In this document: positions 40,543 to 50,431 of the stretch, piece after piece
How positions within the stretch are numbered: the first letter of the stretch is position 1
How the letters are laid out: the number at the start of each line of letters is the position of its first letter
Source of the DNA: Candidatus Eiseniibacteriota bacterium
Lineage (GTDB): Bacteria; Eisenbacteria; RBG-16-71-46
Length of the DNA: 64,000 nucleotides
Direction: 5' to 3'
Assembly: GCA_963717505.1 (NCBI GenBank)
Contig: OY970342.1
Coordinates: 4,064,001-4,128,000 of the forward strand
Translations under genes and position numbers: made by a program
The notes under the pieces: model-generated
What the model saw: the letters and a program-made list of their open reading frames with translations, nothing else
Databases searched by the model: none
What the model was told of the DNA's origin: nothing

Positions 40543-41533
40543 CGGCGATCGGGTTCACCGGCGACCCGACGGCGCCGGTGATGACCAGAGGTGCCGCGGT
40601 CAGCAGGAACTCGTAACGCTTGTCCTGCGCGCAGTCGTCGGCCAGGGCCTCGAGGTCGAAGATCTCGCCGATCATGAGACCGGTGTGCACGAGCAGGATG
40701 ATGTGCAGCGGCTGAAAGACGTCGGCCGTCTCGTTCGGCAGGACTTCCATGCCCCAGGTGTCGGTGGCCACGGCCGCCAACTCGCGATCGTAGACCCACG
40801 GACAGGTGTCGAGCGCGAGCCCCGGCGCCGAACCGGCGGCGTAAGTGCCCCAACTGCCGGCCTTGCGACACTGCGCCATCTGGCCGGTTCGGATGAGCAC
40901 CAGATCGCCGCGCCCCACGGTCACGCCCTGGGATCGCTCGCACGCCTCGAGATCCTCGGCGTGAATCGCCTCGCCCGGCTCGAGCCAGGGCTTGCCCTTG
41001 CTGCGCGGGAGGTCGAGCAGCACGCCGCGGCCCATCACCCGATCGCGCGTCTTGGCGATGTCGTTCTTGATCGCCCCTTTGCTCCCGACGACCGTCGCGT
41101 CGTAGCCGTTGTAGATCTTGCCCTCGAAGACGATGTGCGCGAGCGCATCCCACTGGGTCCCGGACTGCAGTGGCAGGATCAGGATGTCGTCTGTTCCGCG
41201 AATCCACCGGTCCCGTCCGCCGTAGAAGTCGCGCACCGTCGTTCCCGTCACCGCGCCGTTCCCGTCGCGGATCATGAGGTGGATCGGGTTGAAGCGTCCG
41301 AACCCACCCGTCTGGGGACCGGTGTCGTCGACCGGGATCGACAACGAGAAGGCGCGTCCCGTGCGAACGAGCTTCGTGGCCGCGACGATGTCGCTAGGCT
41401 TGATGTGGTTCAGCGTGCCCAGCTCATCGTCCGGCCCCCAACGGCCCCAGTTGGAGCACCGCTTGCTGAGTTCCCGAACCGTCTCCACGTTCGGGTTCTC
41501 CGGGATTTGGACCCGCCCCGCGGCCCCGCTCAT
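40535..41533 (-). CDS. Cyclase family (kynurenine formamidase-like) hydrolase
   Basis: NWGRWGPDDELGTLN, QSGTQWDALAH, RGVLLD, GDLVLIRTG, GAVGSPVNPIA. Confidence 0.9.
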   Translation of the reverse strand: MSGAAGRVQIPENPNVETVRELSKRCSNWGRWGPDDELGTLNHIKPSDIVAATKLVRTGRAFSLSIPVDDTGPQTGGFGRFNPIHLMIRDGNGAVTGTTVRDFYGGRDRWIRGTDDILILPLQSGTQWDALAHIVFEGKIYNGYDATVVGSKGAIKNDIAKTRDRVMGRGVLLDLPRSKGKPWLEPGEAIHAEDLEACERSQGVTVGRGDLVLIRTGQMAQCRKAGSWGTYAAGSAPGLALDTCPWVYDRELAAVATDTWGMEVLPNETADVFQPLHIILLVHTGLMIGEIFDLEALADDCAQDKRYEFLLTAAPLVITGAVGSPVNPIAVK

Positions 41534-43227
41534 AGCTCACGCTCCCGCACCCGGTCGTAGCGCGTCACCGGTCCGATCGCCTCGCGATCGATGACCGCGT
41601 CGATTATCGTCGGCGCGTTTCGCTGCAAGCCCTCCGCGAGCGCTTTCCGGAAGTCCGGGCCATTGTTCACCCGGAACCCCTTGGCGCCGAACGCCCGGGC
41701 GATGCTGCCGTAGTCGATGTCGCGGAAATCATTGACCTCATTGACGACGTGGCCGTAGAGCAGATTCTGAACATGGGCTTCGAAGCCCAGTGTCTGGTTG
41801 TTGATGATCACGCAGACGACGGGGAGATTGAAGCGAAGCGCGCTCTCGATTTCGGCGAGGTGGTAGCCGAAGCCCCCGTCTCCGGTGACGCAGATCACCG
41901 GTCGGTCGGGGAACGCGAGTTGCGCGCCGAGTGAGGCGGGGAACGCCCACCCGAGCGAGCCATCGGCCCGCAGAAAGTTCCGGCCTGCGACCTTCATGTC
42001 GGCGAGCGCACCGCCCCAGGCTGCCGAATAGCCCGTGTCCGCGAGCAGGATCGTCTCAGGGGTCATTCGCTCGTTGATCTCGGCCATGACCGCTTCCTGT
42101 CGCATCTTGGTGCCTTTGGTGCCGTCGTGAGACGCCAGTTCCGCCCGCTTTGCACGCCATGCCGTGCGCTCTTCGGCCAGCTTCTCGAGGTAGGCCGACG
42201 ATCCGGCGGACTTGCCTATCTTCAGGTGGTCGCAGGTCTTCAGGACTGCTTCCAGGAACGCGCGAGCATCGGCGACGAGCCCGAGCTCGGTCGGGAAGTT
42301 CAAGCCGATCACTTCCGCGTCGAGCGTGACGTGAATGAGCTTCGCATTCGGGGTGACCAGCCGGTACGAATCCGTAACGAGGCCACCGAGCTGGGTGCCG
42401 ATCGCCAGGACGACGTCCGCGTTCTTGACGGCGGCGTTGGCGTACTTGCGCGAGTAGCGTCCGACGGTCCCCAAGCCGAGATCGTGGGTCTCCGCAATGC
42501 TTCCCTTGCCGGCGCTGCTGGTCGCCACGGGGATCCCGAGTCGTTCCGCGACCTGGCGCAGAGCATCGTAGGCCCTCGACTGGTGGATGCCGTTCCCAGC
42601 CAGGATGATCGGCCGTTCGGCCTTGGACAGCATGCGGACTACGAGCTCGCAGTCCGACTCCGAAGGGGCGGGGCGCTGCAGCGGCAGCGAGGGCCGCTCC
42701 TTGTACGGCACGGGCTCTTTGTAGTTCGCCATCTCCTCCTCGAAGATGTCGCCCGGGATGCCGAGGTAGACCGGACCGGGGCTCCCGCTGAGAGCCCGCC
42801 GCGCGGCCTCGCGCAGGAGACGGGGCACATGCGAGGACGACGACGCCTCGGCCCCCCACTTCGTCACCGACGCGAACAGCGGGACCTGGTCGAGCTCCTG
42901 GTACTCCCTGCGGAACCGCTCCGAGCGCCTCATGGCGGACACGAGCGCGATCACCGGGCTGGACGACCAGAAGGGCTCCGCGAGACTCCCCGCGACGTTC
43001 GCCGCCCCCGGTCCATAGGCCCCGTACGCGACGGCCGGCCGCCCCAGCAGCCGGGCATAGGCGTCGGCCATGTACACGGCCGCCGGCTCACTGCGAGCCA
43101 GGACGTGCTTGATCCCCACGGCCTCGAGGGCGATCCACAAGGTGTTGTCCCGGCCGGTCATGAGAAAGAAGTGCTCGATCCCGAGCGCCTTCAGCTCGAG
43201 CGCGACGGCTTGTGCTGTGGTAGCGAT
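41530..43227 (-). CDS. Thiamine-diphosphate-dependent enzyme (acetolactate synthase superfamily)
   Basis: RSE..AVYMADAYAR, GPGAAN, GPVYL, TPP motif GDGGF...NN; family-like sequence extends to an ATC codon at 43227. Confidence 0.88.
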   Translation of the reverse strand: MATTAQAVALELKALGIEHFFLMTGRDNTLWIALEAVGIKHVLARSEPAAVYMADAYARLLGRPAVAYGAYGPGAANVAGSLAEPFWSSSPVIALVSAMRRSERFRREYQELDQVPLFASVTKWGAEASSSSHVPRLLREAARRALSGSPGPVYLGIPGDIFEEEMANYKEPVPYKERPSLPLQRPAPSESDCELVVRMLSKAERPIILAGNGIHQSRAYDALRQVAERLGIPVATSSAGKGSIAETHDLGLGTVGRYSRKYANAAVKNADVVLAIGTQLGGLVTDSYRLVTPNAKLIHVTLDAEVIGLNFPTELGLVADARAFLEAVLKTCDHLKIGKSAGSSAYLEKLAEERTAWRAKRAELASHDGTKGTKMRQEAVMAEINERMTPETILLADTGYSAAWGGALADMKVAGRNFLRADGSLGWAFPASLGAQLAFPDRPVICVTGDGGFGYHLAEIESALRFNLPVVCVIINNQTLGFEAHVQNLLYGHVVNEVNDFRDIDYGSIARAFGAKGFRVNNGPDFRKALAEGLQRNAPTIIDAVIDREAIGPVTRYDRVREREL

Positions 43228-43399
43228 GACGGCCCCCTATGGAATTCTGTGGAATTCTCGGGTTGTTCTCGGGATTCATTGCGAGTGCTCACTGCATGTC
43301 CGTTAACGGCCGCGTGCGAACGCAACTTAAGCCTAGACCACGCCTTAACAGAACCGGGGCGATTATGACCCTCTTGCAACGCCCGTGGATCGTTCGGGC

Positions 43400-43930
43400 T
43401 CACTCCCACCCGAGAGCGTTCAAAGTCATCGTCACGAGCGAGTAGTAGCCGACCAACACCGTGAGCTCGATCGTGCCCGGCACTCCGAGGGCGGCAGCGG
43501 TCCTCTCGTAGGTCGGATCACTGACGCGACCGGACGACACGAGTTCCAAAGCGTAGTCACAAACGACGCGATACTTGAGCGGCATGGAGTCGAAGGAACC
43601 TCCAGATCGCACGCACTCGATGACGGCGTCGGGCGCCCCAGCGCGCCGGGCAATGGGCTCGTGAGCGTTCCACGCGTAGGCGGATCGCCACTTTCCTGCC
43701 GCAACCAGTATCGCGATCTCCGCGACGTCTCGGTCGAGGGCTCCCTCGTACCTCAGGTGCGCCCCGAGGCTCTGCACGAGGTCCGCGAGCTCGGGAACGT
43801 GGAGCAGTGCCGTGAACGGCCCTGGAACGCGGCCGCGCGTGCCAGCGATCCGATCGGCCACCACCTTCTGGGCCGGAGTCAGGTGCTCGAGATCGACAGG
43901 CTGGATGCGCGTGGGGGATGGTTGGCTCAT
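43400..43930 (-). CDS. Carboxymuconolactone decarboxylase (CMD/AhpD-like) family protein
   Basis: GPFTALLHVPEL, EIAILVAA..W...YAW..H...A...G, ELTVLVGYY. Confidence 0.88.
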   Translation of the reverse strand: MSQPSPTRIQPVDLEHLTPAQKVVADRIAGTRGRVPGPFTALLHVPELADLVQSLGAHLRYEGALDRDVAEIAILVAAGKWRSAYAWNAHEPIARRAGAPDAVIECVRSGGSFDSMPLKYRVVCDYALELVSSGRVSDPTYERTAAALGVPGTIELTVLVGYYSLVTMTLNALGWE

Positions 43931-44091
43931 CGGTCTCCGTCCGCTTTTGAGGGCAGGGCTGCCTCACCCGGCCGGTCCCATGTCCTCCCTGCGCCCAGCG
44001 GCAGCGAGGTATACCCAGTCACGAAGTGCGCAACCTAGCAGAGCCGTGGGCGACCGGGAAGAGTCGCAGCTGCCGCGCTCGTCATCCCCTG

Positions 44092-44117
44092 GCAACCTGC
44101 CCTCTCGGATTGTCGTA
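44092..44117 (+). promoter_or_regulatory. Candidate ECF-sigma promoter of the ABC/M1 operon
   Basis: gcAAC-N17-CGTA. Confidence 0.4.
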
Positions 44118-44226
44118 CCCTCTCGGTCGCCCCTCGCCCGGTCTCAGGCTGAGGCGTGGCAGGCACGGCCGCCACACGGGTGGCCGCGACGGATCTGGAT
44201 TCCGTTGGATCCTAAGGAGGTCCCCG

Positions 44227-45189
44227 ATGCTCTCCGTCCGCGGGCTGGTCAAGATCTATCCGGGACCGGTGGCCGCGCTGCGCGGCATCGATCTCGACAT
44301 TCCCAAAGGAATGTTCGGTCTGCTCGGGCCGAACGGCGCCGGCAAGTCGACGTTCATGAACATTCTCGCCGGCCTGCTCGAACCGACGGCCGGCACCGCG
44401 ACGCTTTCCGGACGCGACATACTCACCAAGCCCGAAACGCTTTGGCCGCGCCTCGGCTACCTGCCGCAGGAGTTCGGTTTCTACCCGCACCTGAGCGGCG
44501 AGCAGATGCTCGCCTACCTGCTCGAGTTGAAGGGCGTGCAGGCGCCGGGCGGCATGAAGAAGCTGGTCGCGAGCCTGCTCGATCGGGTCAATCTGACGTT
44601 TGCCGCCAAGCGCAAAGTGAAGGGTTATTCGGGCGGCATGCGCCAGCGGCTCGGCATCGCGCAAGCGATTGCCGGCGATCCCGAGCTGATCATCGTCGAC
44701 GAGCCGACCGCCGGTCTCGATCCCGAGGAGCGCGTGCGTTTCTACCGCCTGCTCGCCGAGCTGGCCGAGAATCGCACCGTGCTCTTGAGCACGCACATCG
44801 TGGAAGACGTCGCGGTGCTGTGCCCGCGCTTCGCGGTCATCCGCGGCGGACGCCTGGTGGCGTTGACCACGCCGACCGAGGCGCGGAACGCGATCGCCGG
44901 GCAGATCTTCGAGGGCGCGGTCGACGCGCGTGAGGTCGACGCTCTGGCGCGCGAGCATCGGGTGATCCAGTCGATCCTGGTCGAGGGCCGGCACCGCGCG
45001 CGGCTGCACGCACCGGATCGCACCGCACCCACCGGCTTCGAGCGGGTGGCGCCGACACTGGAGGACGCCTACCTGGTGCTCATGCGCACGGAAGTCGACC
45101 GTGACCGCGCTCCGGGCTTGCCAGCCGGCGGCGAGGGGCACATCCCGCCGCGCGCCGCGGACGAACCGATTCCGGTTGGCGCGAAATGA
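44227..45189 (+). CDS. ABC-2 type ATP-binding protein
   Basis: GPNGAGKST, YSGGMRQR, IVDEPTAGLDP, LSTH; AAGGAGG RBS. Confidence 0.95.
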   Translation: MLSVRGLVKIYPGPVAALRGIDLDIPKGMFGLLGPNGAGKSTFMNILAGLLEPTAGTATLSGRDILTKPETLWPRLGYLPQEFGFYPHLSGEQMLAYLLELKGVQAPGGMKKLVASLLDRVNLTFAAKRKVKGYSGGMRQRLGIAQAIAGDPELIIVDEPTAGLDPEERVRFYRLLAELAENRTVLLSTHIVEDVAVLCPRFAVIRGGRLVALTTPTEARNAIAGQIFEGAVDAREVDALAREHRVIQSILVEGRHRARLHAPDRTAPTGFERVAPTLEDAYLVLMRTEVDRDRAPGLPAGGEGHIPPRAADEPIPVGAK

Positions 45190-48100
45190 GCATTGGCCGT
45201 CTATTCAAGGTCGCCGCCCTCGACCTCCGACACAACGCCGGGCGCCCGCTGTTCTGGATCTTCCTGATCATCCTTGCGCTGACCTCGTGGGGATTGTCCA
45301 CCGGGCACATGCGCATTTCTTCAGGCGACAGCGTGGTCGGCGGCACCAAGGCGTGGCTGACCTCCGAGTTCGCCATGTCGCAGATGCTGAGCATGGTCAT
45401 TCTGCTCTTCTATGGCTTCTTCGTCGCGGTCGCGGCCGGCATGTCGGTGATCCAGGACGACGACCTCAAGGTCGGTGCCGTGTTGCACGCGACACCGCTG
45501 ACTCCGGGCGAGTACATCGGCGGCAAGTTCCTCGCGGTGCTGTTGAGCTTCCTCGCAGTGCTGACGATCCACGTCGGCATGGCGATGTTCTTCAACCATA
45601 TCGTGCCCAACGAAGCCGCCGACGAGATCCGCGGCCCGTTCGTGTTCCTGAACTACTTAAAACCCGCGCTGTGGTTTGGCGTGCCGGCGATCGTGTTCTT
45701 CGCGGGCACGGCGTTCGCGGCCGGAGTCTGGTCGCGCAAGCCGATCCTGGTGTTCGTGCTGCCAGTGGCGACGCTGCTGGTGTGCGGCTTCTTCCTATGG
45801 GACTGGTCGCCATCGTGGCTCGACCCCCGCGTGAACAAGCTGCTCCAGGTCATCGAGCCCGCCGGCTTCCGCTGGCTCAACGAAACCTGGCTCAAGGTCG
45901 ACCGCGGCGTTCACTTCTATAACAAATCGCCGATGGGCGTCGATGCCCTGTTCCTGGCGAACCGCGCAATATTCCTGTTGGCCGGTGTCGCCGCCCTGGT
46001 CTTCGCTCATGCACGTTTCGCCCGGAGCCTGCGTGGCGAGCGCCTGACGCGACGCGAGCGCCGCCACGGCATCGACGCGATCCTGGCCGACGCAACGTCG
46101 GGAGCCGCAGCTGCACCGACCGGCGACACCACGGGCGGACACGCGATCGCGGATCTCGGCATGACGGCACGGGCCCCGGGCTTCCTGGCCGGCGCCTGGA
46201 CCGTGGCGCGCGCCGAGTTGAAGGAGTTGCGCAGTCAGCCGGGCCTCTACCTATTCGTGCCGCTGATCCTGATCCAGGTGATCGGCGAGGCGTTCTTCAA
46301 CGTCGGCGCCTTCGACACGCCGCTGCTCCACACCGCCGGGACGCTGGCCACGGTCACCACCAACACGGTGATGGCGATGGTCGGCCTCTTGCTCCTCTTC
46401 TATACGGTCGAATCGCTCGAGCGCGAGAAGCGCAGCGGCTTCGCCCCGATTGTCCTGGCCTCCCCGGTGCGCACCGGCGCGCTGCTGCTCGGCAAAGCGA
46501 TGGCCAACGTTGCGATCGTGGTGGTCATCCTGCTCTCGGCGCTCGCCGGCTGCATGCTGGCGCTCGCGATCCAGGGCAAGGTGCCGCTGGATCCGCGGCC
46601 GTTCCTCTTGGTGTGGGGACTGCTGCTGCTGCCAACCTACGTGGTTTGGACCGCGTTCATCATGGCGGTGCACGCCCTGGTCGGGAACCGCTACACGACC
46701 TATGCGGTTGGCCTCTCCGCCCTGATCTTCACCGTCTATCGCCAGGCCACCGGGCAGATGAACTGGGTCGGCAACTGGAATCTGTGGGAAGCGCTGCGCT
46801 GGTCGGACCTGGGAACGTTCGAGCTGGACCGCATGGCGCTGGTGCTCAATCGCGTGCTGGTGCTCGGGCTCTCGGCACTGTTCATCGCGCTCACCGTGCG
46901 CCTGTTCGCGCGCGCGAGCCGCGATGCGTCGCGGGTCGGCGCGCGGCTTGCCCCCTCGTCACTGGTGCGTTCCGCGTTCGACTTGGCACCGTTCCTCCTG
47001 GTTCCGCTGATCGCGGGCACCGCGCTGTTCGTCCAGGTCCAGTCGGGCTTCGAGGGCAAACCGGCCGAGAAGAAGCTCAAGGACTACTGGCGCCGAAACA
47101 TGGCGACCTGGCGCGACACCAAGAACCCGAGCATCGTCGACGTCGACCTCGACCTCGAGCTGGATCCCAAGCGGCATTCGTTCCACAGCCGCGGCCACTA
47201 CACACTGGTCAATCGCCACCAAGAGCCGCTCAAGCAGGTGGCGCTGACCCGCGGACTCCATTGGAAGAAGCTCAAGTGGAGCGACGCGAACGGCGACTCG
47301 ATTGCGCCGGAGGACCGGGTCGGGCTCATCATCTTCACCCCGCCCGCGCCGCTCGCAACCGGCGACAGCCTGCGCATCGGCTTCGACTTCGAGGGCCGCT
47401 TCCCGGACGGCGTCAGCAAGAACGGTGGCGGCCGGCAGGAGTTCATCCTGCCCGGCGGAGTCGTGCTGACTTCGTTCACCCCGAGCTTCGTCCCGGTGGT
47501 CGGCTACATCGAAGAAGTCGGGGTCGACAAGGACAACCGATTCGACAGCCGCGAGTACCCCGACGACTTCTATGAGGGCATCACCCCGCCGGCGTTCGGT
47601 GCAGCCGGTGGCATGACGACGCGCATCCAGGTGAGCGGCCCGGCGGAATACCGCTACAACTCGGTCGGCACCCAGGTGCGCGACGTAGTCGAGGGCGGCA
47701 TGCGGACCACCGAATGGCGCAGCGACCATCCGGTCAAGTTCTTCAACGTGGTCGCCGGACGCTGGCAGGAGAAGCAGGGCGAAGGTACGGTCATCTACTA
47801 CCACGCGAACCATCCGTACAACATCGACGAGATGTCCGAGGCGTTGGACGCCTCGCGTCGGTGGTACTCGGAGTGGTTCATGCCGTTCCCATGGCACGAG
47901 CTCAAGGTGAGCGAATTCCCGGCGCTCGCCTTCTACGCCCAGGGCTTCCCGACCAACATCACGTTCTCCGAGGGCATCGGATTCCTGACCAAGAGCGACC
48001 CGCGCGCCAACGCCGCGTTCATGGTCACCGCACATGAAGCCGCGCACCAGTGGTGGGGGAACATCCTGCTGCCCGGCCAGGGACCCGGGGGCGACATCCT

Positions 48101-48920
48101 GTCCGAAGGCATGGCCCATTTCTCGACCATCCTGCTGTTCGAACAGGTCAAGGGCCCGCATCAGCGCATCGAGTTCTGCAAACGCATCGAAGACCGCTAC
48201 GGGGACCGCCGCCAGGTCGACTCCGAGCGCCCGCTGGTCAAGATCGACGGAAGCAAGCGCGGCGACCAGACGGTGACCTACGACAAGGGCGGCTGGGTGT
48301 TCTGGATGCTGCTCAACCACATGGGCCGCGAGCGGGCACTGGCCGGTGTCCAGGATTTCATCCGGCGCTACGAGACGACCAACGACTATCCGGTGCTCCA
48401 GGACTTCGTCGCCGTGATGCGCGAACACGCTGCCGACACGCAAGCGTTCGACGCCTTCGTCGGGCAGTGGTTCTTCTCGGTGGTGGTGCCCGAGTACAAG
48501 GTGCGCGAGGCGCGGGCGACGCGGCTGGCGAGCGCGGCTGCCGGCGAAGGAGCGGCGGTTCGCTGGGAAGTCTCGTTCGAGATCGAGAACATCGGCACCA
48601 GCACGATGCCGGTCGAGATCGCCGCCACGCGCGGCACGCGATTCCCGAAGGACGACAAGGACTCGACGTCGACCGACAAGAAGCCCTCAGACGACTACCA
48701 GGAATCGCGGCAGACGATCGTGATGGGTCCGGGTGCCAAGCAAAGCGTCACGCTCCAGTGCACGTTCGAGCCCGAGCGCGTGGTGGTCGATCCCGACGCA
48801 CGCGTGCTGCAGCTCAACCGCGACCAGGCCGCGGCGGACATCAAGGTCGAGAAGCCGGCGAGCGAGCCTCGCGTGGTACAGGCGGGCAAGTCTGGGGTCA
48901 CGGGCCGCGAGCGCATGTAG
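45186..48920 (+). CDS. Double ABC-2 permease fused to an M1-family aminopeptidase domain
   Basis: Two multi-TM halves, then HEAAHQWW...LSE and YDKG; ATG overlaps the ATPase stop. Confidence 0.9.
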   Translation: MSIGRLFKVAALDLRHNAGRPLFWIFLIILALTSWGLSTGHMRISSGDSVVGGTKAWLTSEFAMSQMLSMVILLFYGFFVAVAAGMSVIQDDDLKVGAVLHATPLTPGEYIGGKFLAVLLSFLAVLTIHVGMAMFFNHIVPNEAADEIRGPFVFLNYLKPALWFGVPAIVFFAGTAFAAGVWSRKPILVFVLPVATLLVCGFFLWDWSPSWLDPRVNKLLQVIEPAGFRWLNETWLKVDRGVHFYNKSPMGVDALFLANRAIFLLAGVAALVFAHARFARSLRGERLTRRERRHGIDAILADATSGAAAAPTGDTTGGHAIADLGMTARAPGFLAGAWTVARAELKELRSQPGLYLFVPLILIQVIGEAFFNVGAFDTPLLHTAGTLATVTTNTVMAMVGLLLLFYTVESLEREKRSGFAPIVLASPVRTGALLLGKAMANVAIVVVILLSALAGCMLALAIQGKVPLDPRPFLLVWGLLLLPTYVVWTAFIMAVHALVGNRYTTYAVGLSALIFTVYRQATGQMNWVGNWNLWEALRWSDLGTFELDRMALVLNRVLVLGLSALFIALTVRLFARASRDASRVGARLAPSSLVRSAFDLAPFLLVPLIAGTALFVQVQSGFEGKPAEKKLKDYWRRNMATWRDTKNPSIVDVDLDLELDPKRHSFHSRGHYTLVNRHQEPLKQVALTRGLHWKKLKWSDANGDSIAPEDRVGLIIFTPPAPLATGDSLRIGFDFEGRFPDGVSKNGGGRQEFILPGGVVLTSFTPSFVPVVGYIEEVGVDKDNRFDSREYPDDFYEGITPPAFGAAGGMTTRIQVSGPAEYRYNSVGTQVRDVVEGGMRTTEWRSDHPVKFFNVVAGRWQEKQGEGTVIYYHANHPYNIDEMSEALDASRRWYSEWFMPFPWHELKVSEFPALAFYAQGFPTNITFSEGIGFLTKSDPRANAAFMVTAHEAAHQWWGNILLPGQGPGGDILSEGMAHFSTILLFEQVKGPHQRIEFCKRIEDRYGDRRQVDSERPLVKIDGSKRGDQTVTYDKGGWVFWMLLNHMGRERALAGVQDFIRRYETTNDYPVLQDFVAVMREHAADTQAFDAFVGQWFFSVVVPEYKVREARATRLASAAAGEGAAVRWEVSFEIENIGTSTMPVEIAATRGTRFPKDDKDSTSTDKKPSDDYQESRQTIVMGPGAKQSVTLQCTFEPERVVVDPDARVLQLNRDQAAADIKVEKPASEPRVVQAGKSGVTGRERM

Positions 48921-48952
48921 CGCGCAGTGTTCAGACGCTCGGCCGTTCGCGC

Positions 48953-49663
48953 CTACTGGCAGTAGTCGGCCGCGCTTTGAGCCGATCCTCCGGCCAGCGA
49001 CGCCTGAAGAATCAAAGACAGATCGACCGGGTTGATCGTATTCGAGCAGTTGAAGTCCGAACGACCCTCCAGATCGGCGTCGAACGAGTCCGACAACCAC
49101 ACCGAGACGTCCGCCGGGTTCACGCCGCCCGTGCCGTTCTGGTCATAGGCGGCGACGTTGACGCCGCCGACCGGCGTCGTGAGGTCGAACCCGTTGACGA
49201 ATACTCGGGCGCACTTGAAACCGTAGGCAGGGGTGCCCGCCCCTGTGTTCCGAGCGCCGCCCACGATCCGGAAGTAGACCCTCCCCTCTGCATCGGTCGT
49301 GCCGCGAACGATCGCGTACGGTGGCGCGCCGGCCACACACTCGACCGAAAGCCCCGGCCAGGGTTGATCAAGGCTCACCTGGACGTCGAAACATCTCTGG
49401 AAGTCGATCGAGACTTCGCATCCTTCCACCGGGTTCTGTGCCAGGTCACGTATGACCACCAGGAACTCGCCGCGAGCGTCGGGAACCCCGCCGGTCGTAC
49501 CGACCAGGACGATCCCACACGGGACATCGCTGTCGTCCGAGCCGGGCTGGGGAGGACCGAATAGGCACTCGCCGGATTCAGAATCTCCCGTCGCGAATCC
49601 GAGCACGAGCGATAGCGCCGCCCGGAATAGTGTCAGGCGAGGCACCTGCAGGAGCTGGAGCAT
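48953..49663 (-). CDS. Secreted Ig-like + dockerin-like Cys-rich protein, paralog 3
   Basis: VVIRDLAQNP, FRIVGGARN, DQNGTGGVNPADVSVW, GRSDFNC...DLS, ends YCQ. Confidence 0.75.
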   Translation of the reverse strand: MLQLLQVPRLTLFRAALSLVLGFATGDSESGECLFGPPQPGSDDSDVPCGIVLVGTTGGVPDARGEFLVVIRDLAQNPVEGCEVSIDFQRCFDVQVSLDQPWPGLSVECVAGAPPYAIVRGTTDAEGRVYFRIVGGARNTGAGTPAYGFKCARVFVNGFDLTTPVGGVNVAAYDQNGTGGVNPADVSVWLSDSFDADLEGRSDFNCSNTINPVDLSLILQASLAGGSAQSAADYCQ

Positions 49664-49670
49664 TGCCCCG

Positions 49671-50354
49671 TCAGTTGCAGTAGGCGGCGCCACTAGTAGT
49701 CGAGCCACCCGCGATCGACGCGCTCAGCAAACGCGAGAGGTCCGCCGGACTCAGCGTCTGGCTACAGTCGAAGTCCGACCGGCCAAAGTAGGTTCCGGTG
49801 ATTTGGCCGGTGAAGAAGTCCATGAGCCAAACCGAAACATCCACGGGATTGACGCCGCCGATGCCGTTCTGGTCGAACGCTCCGATGTTGACTCGGCCGA
49901 TCAGGACTCCGTCCGCGTACACCAGGGCGCACTGATAACCCGCTCCTGGAGCCCCTCCGGCGGAGTTGCGGGCGCCACCCACGATTCGGAAGGTGGCGAT
50001 TCCCGCGGCATTCGTGGTCGCGGTCACCGTCCCGATCGGGGCGTCGCAATGCGCCTCCACCCCTGGGAACGGCTGTGAGGTCGCGATTCGCAGATCGGTG
50101 CAGGCACTGAAGTCGATCGTGACGACGGCGCCCGCTAGGGGGTTTCGTGCGAAATCGCGAATCACCACTTGCGTCTCGCCAATACCGTCCGCGACCCCAC
50201 CGGTCGACCCCACGAGGTTGATCTGGCAAGGAATCGAGGACTGGGGCGGCTCGGGAATGTCGGCTCGAACCACATTCAGGCTCGAGGCAATAGCTGCGGT
50301 CAGGAAGAAAGTCAGCGCGGTCGACACCGCGGCCGGCCGGCGGATACAGGTCAT
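49671..50354 (-). CDS. Secreted Ig-like + dockerin-like Cys-rich protein, paralog 2
   Basis: Signal peptide, same motifs, ends YCN; GGGAGGG RBS. Confidence 0.8.
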   Translation of the reverse strand: MTCIRRPAAVSTALTFFLTAAIASSLNVVRADIPEPPQSSIPCQINLVGSTGGVADGIGETQVVIRDFARNPLAGAVVTIDFSACTDLRIATSQPFPGVEAHCDAPIGTVTATTNAAGIATFRIVGGARNSAGGAPGAGYQCALVYADGVLIGRVNIGAFDQNGIGGVNPVDVSVWLMDFFTGQITGTYFGRSDFDCSQTLSPADLSRLLSASIAGGSTTSGAAYCN

Positions 50355-50393
50355 GGGGCCCTCCCGGCTGAAAGTGGGGTTCGGAATGTCTCA

Positions 50394-50422
50394 ACGCTAG
50401 ACCCGGTGTCGGGACCGGTCAA
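50394..50422 (-). promoter_or_regulatory. Sigma70 promoter of paralog 2
   Basis: TTGACC-N17-TAGCGT. Confidence 0.7.
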
Positions 50423-50431
50423 CGACTACGG

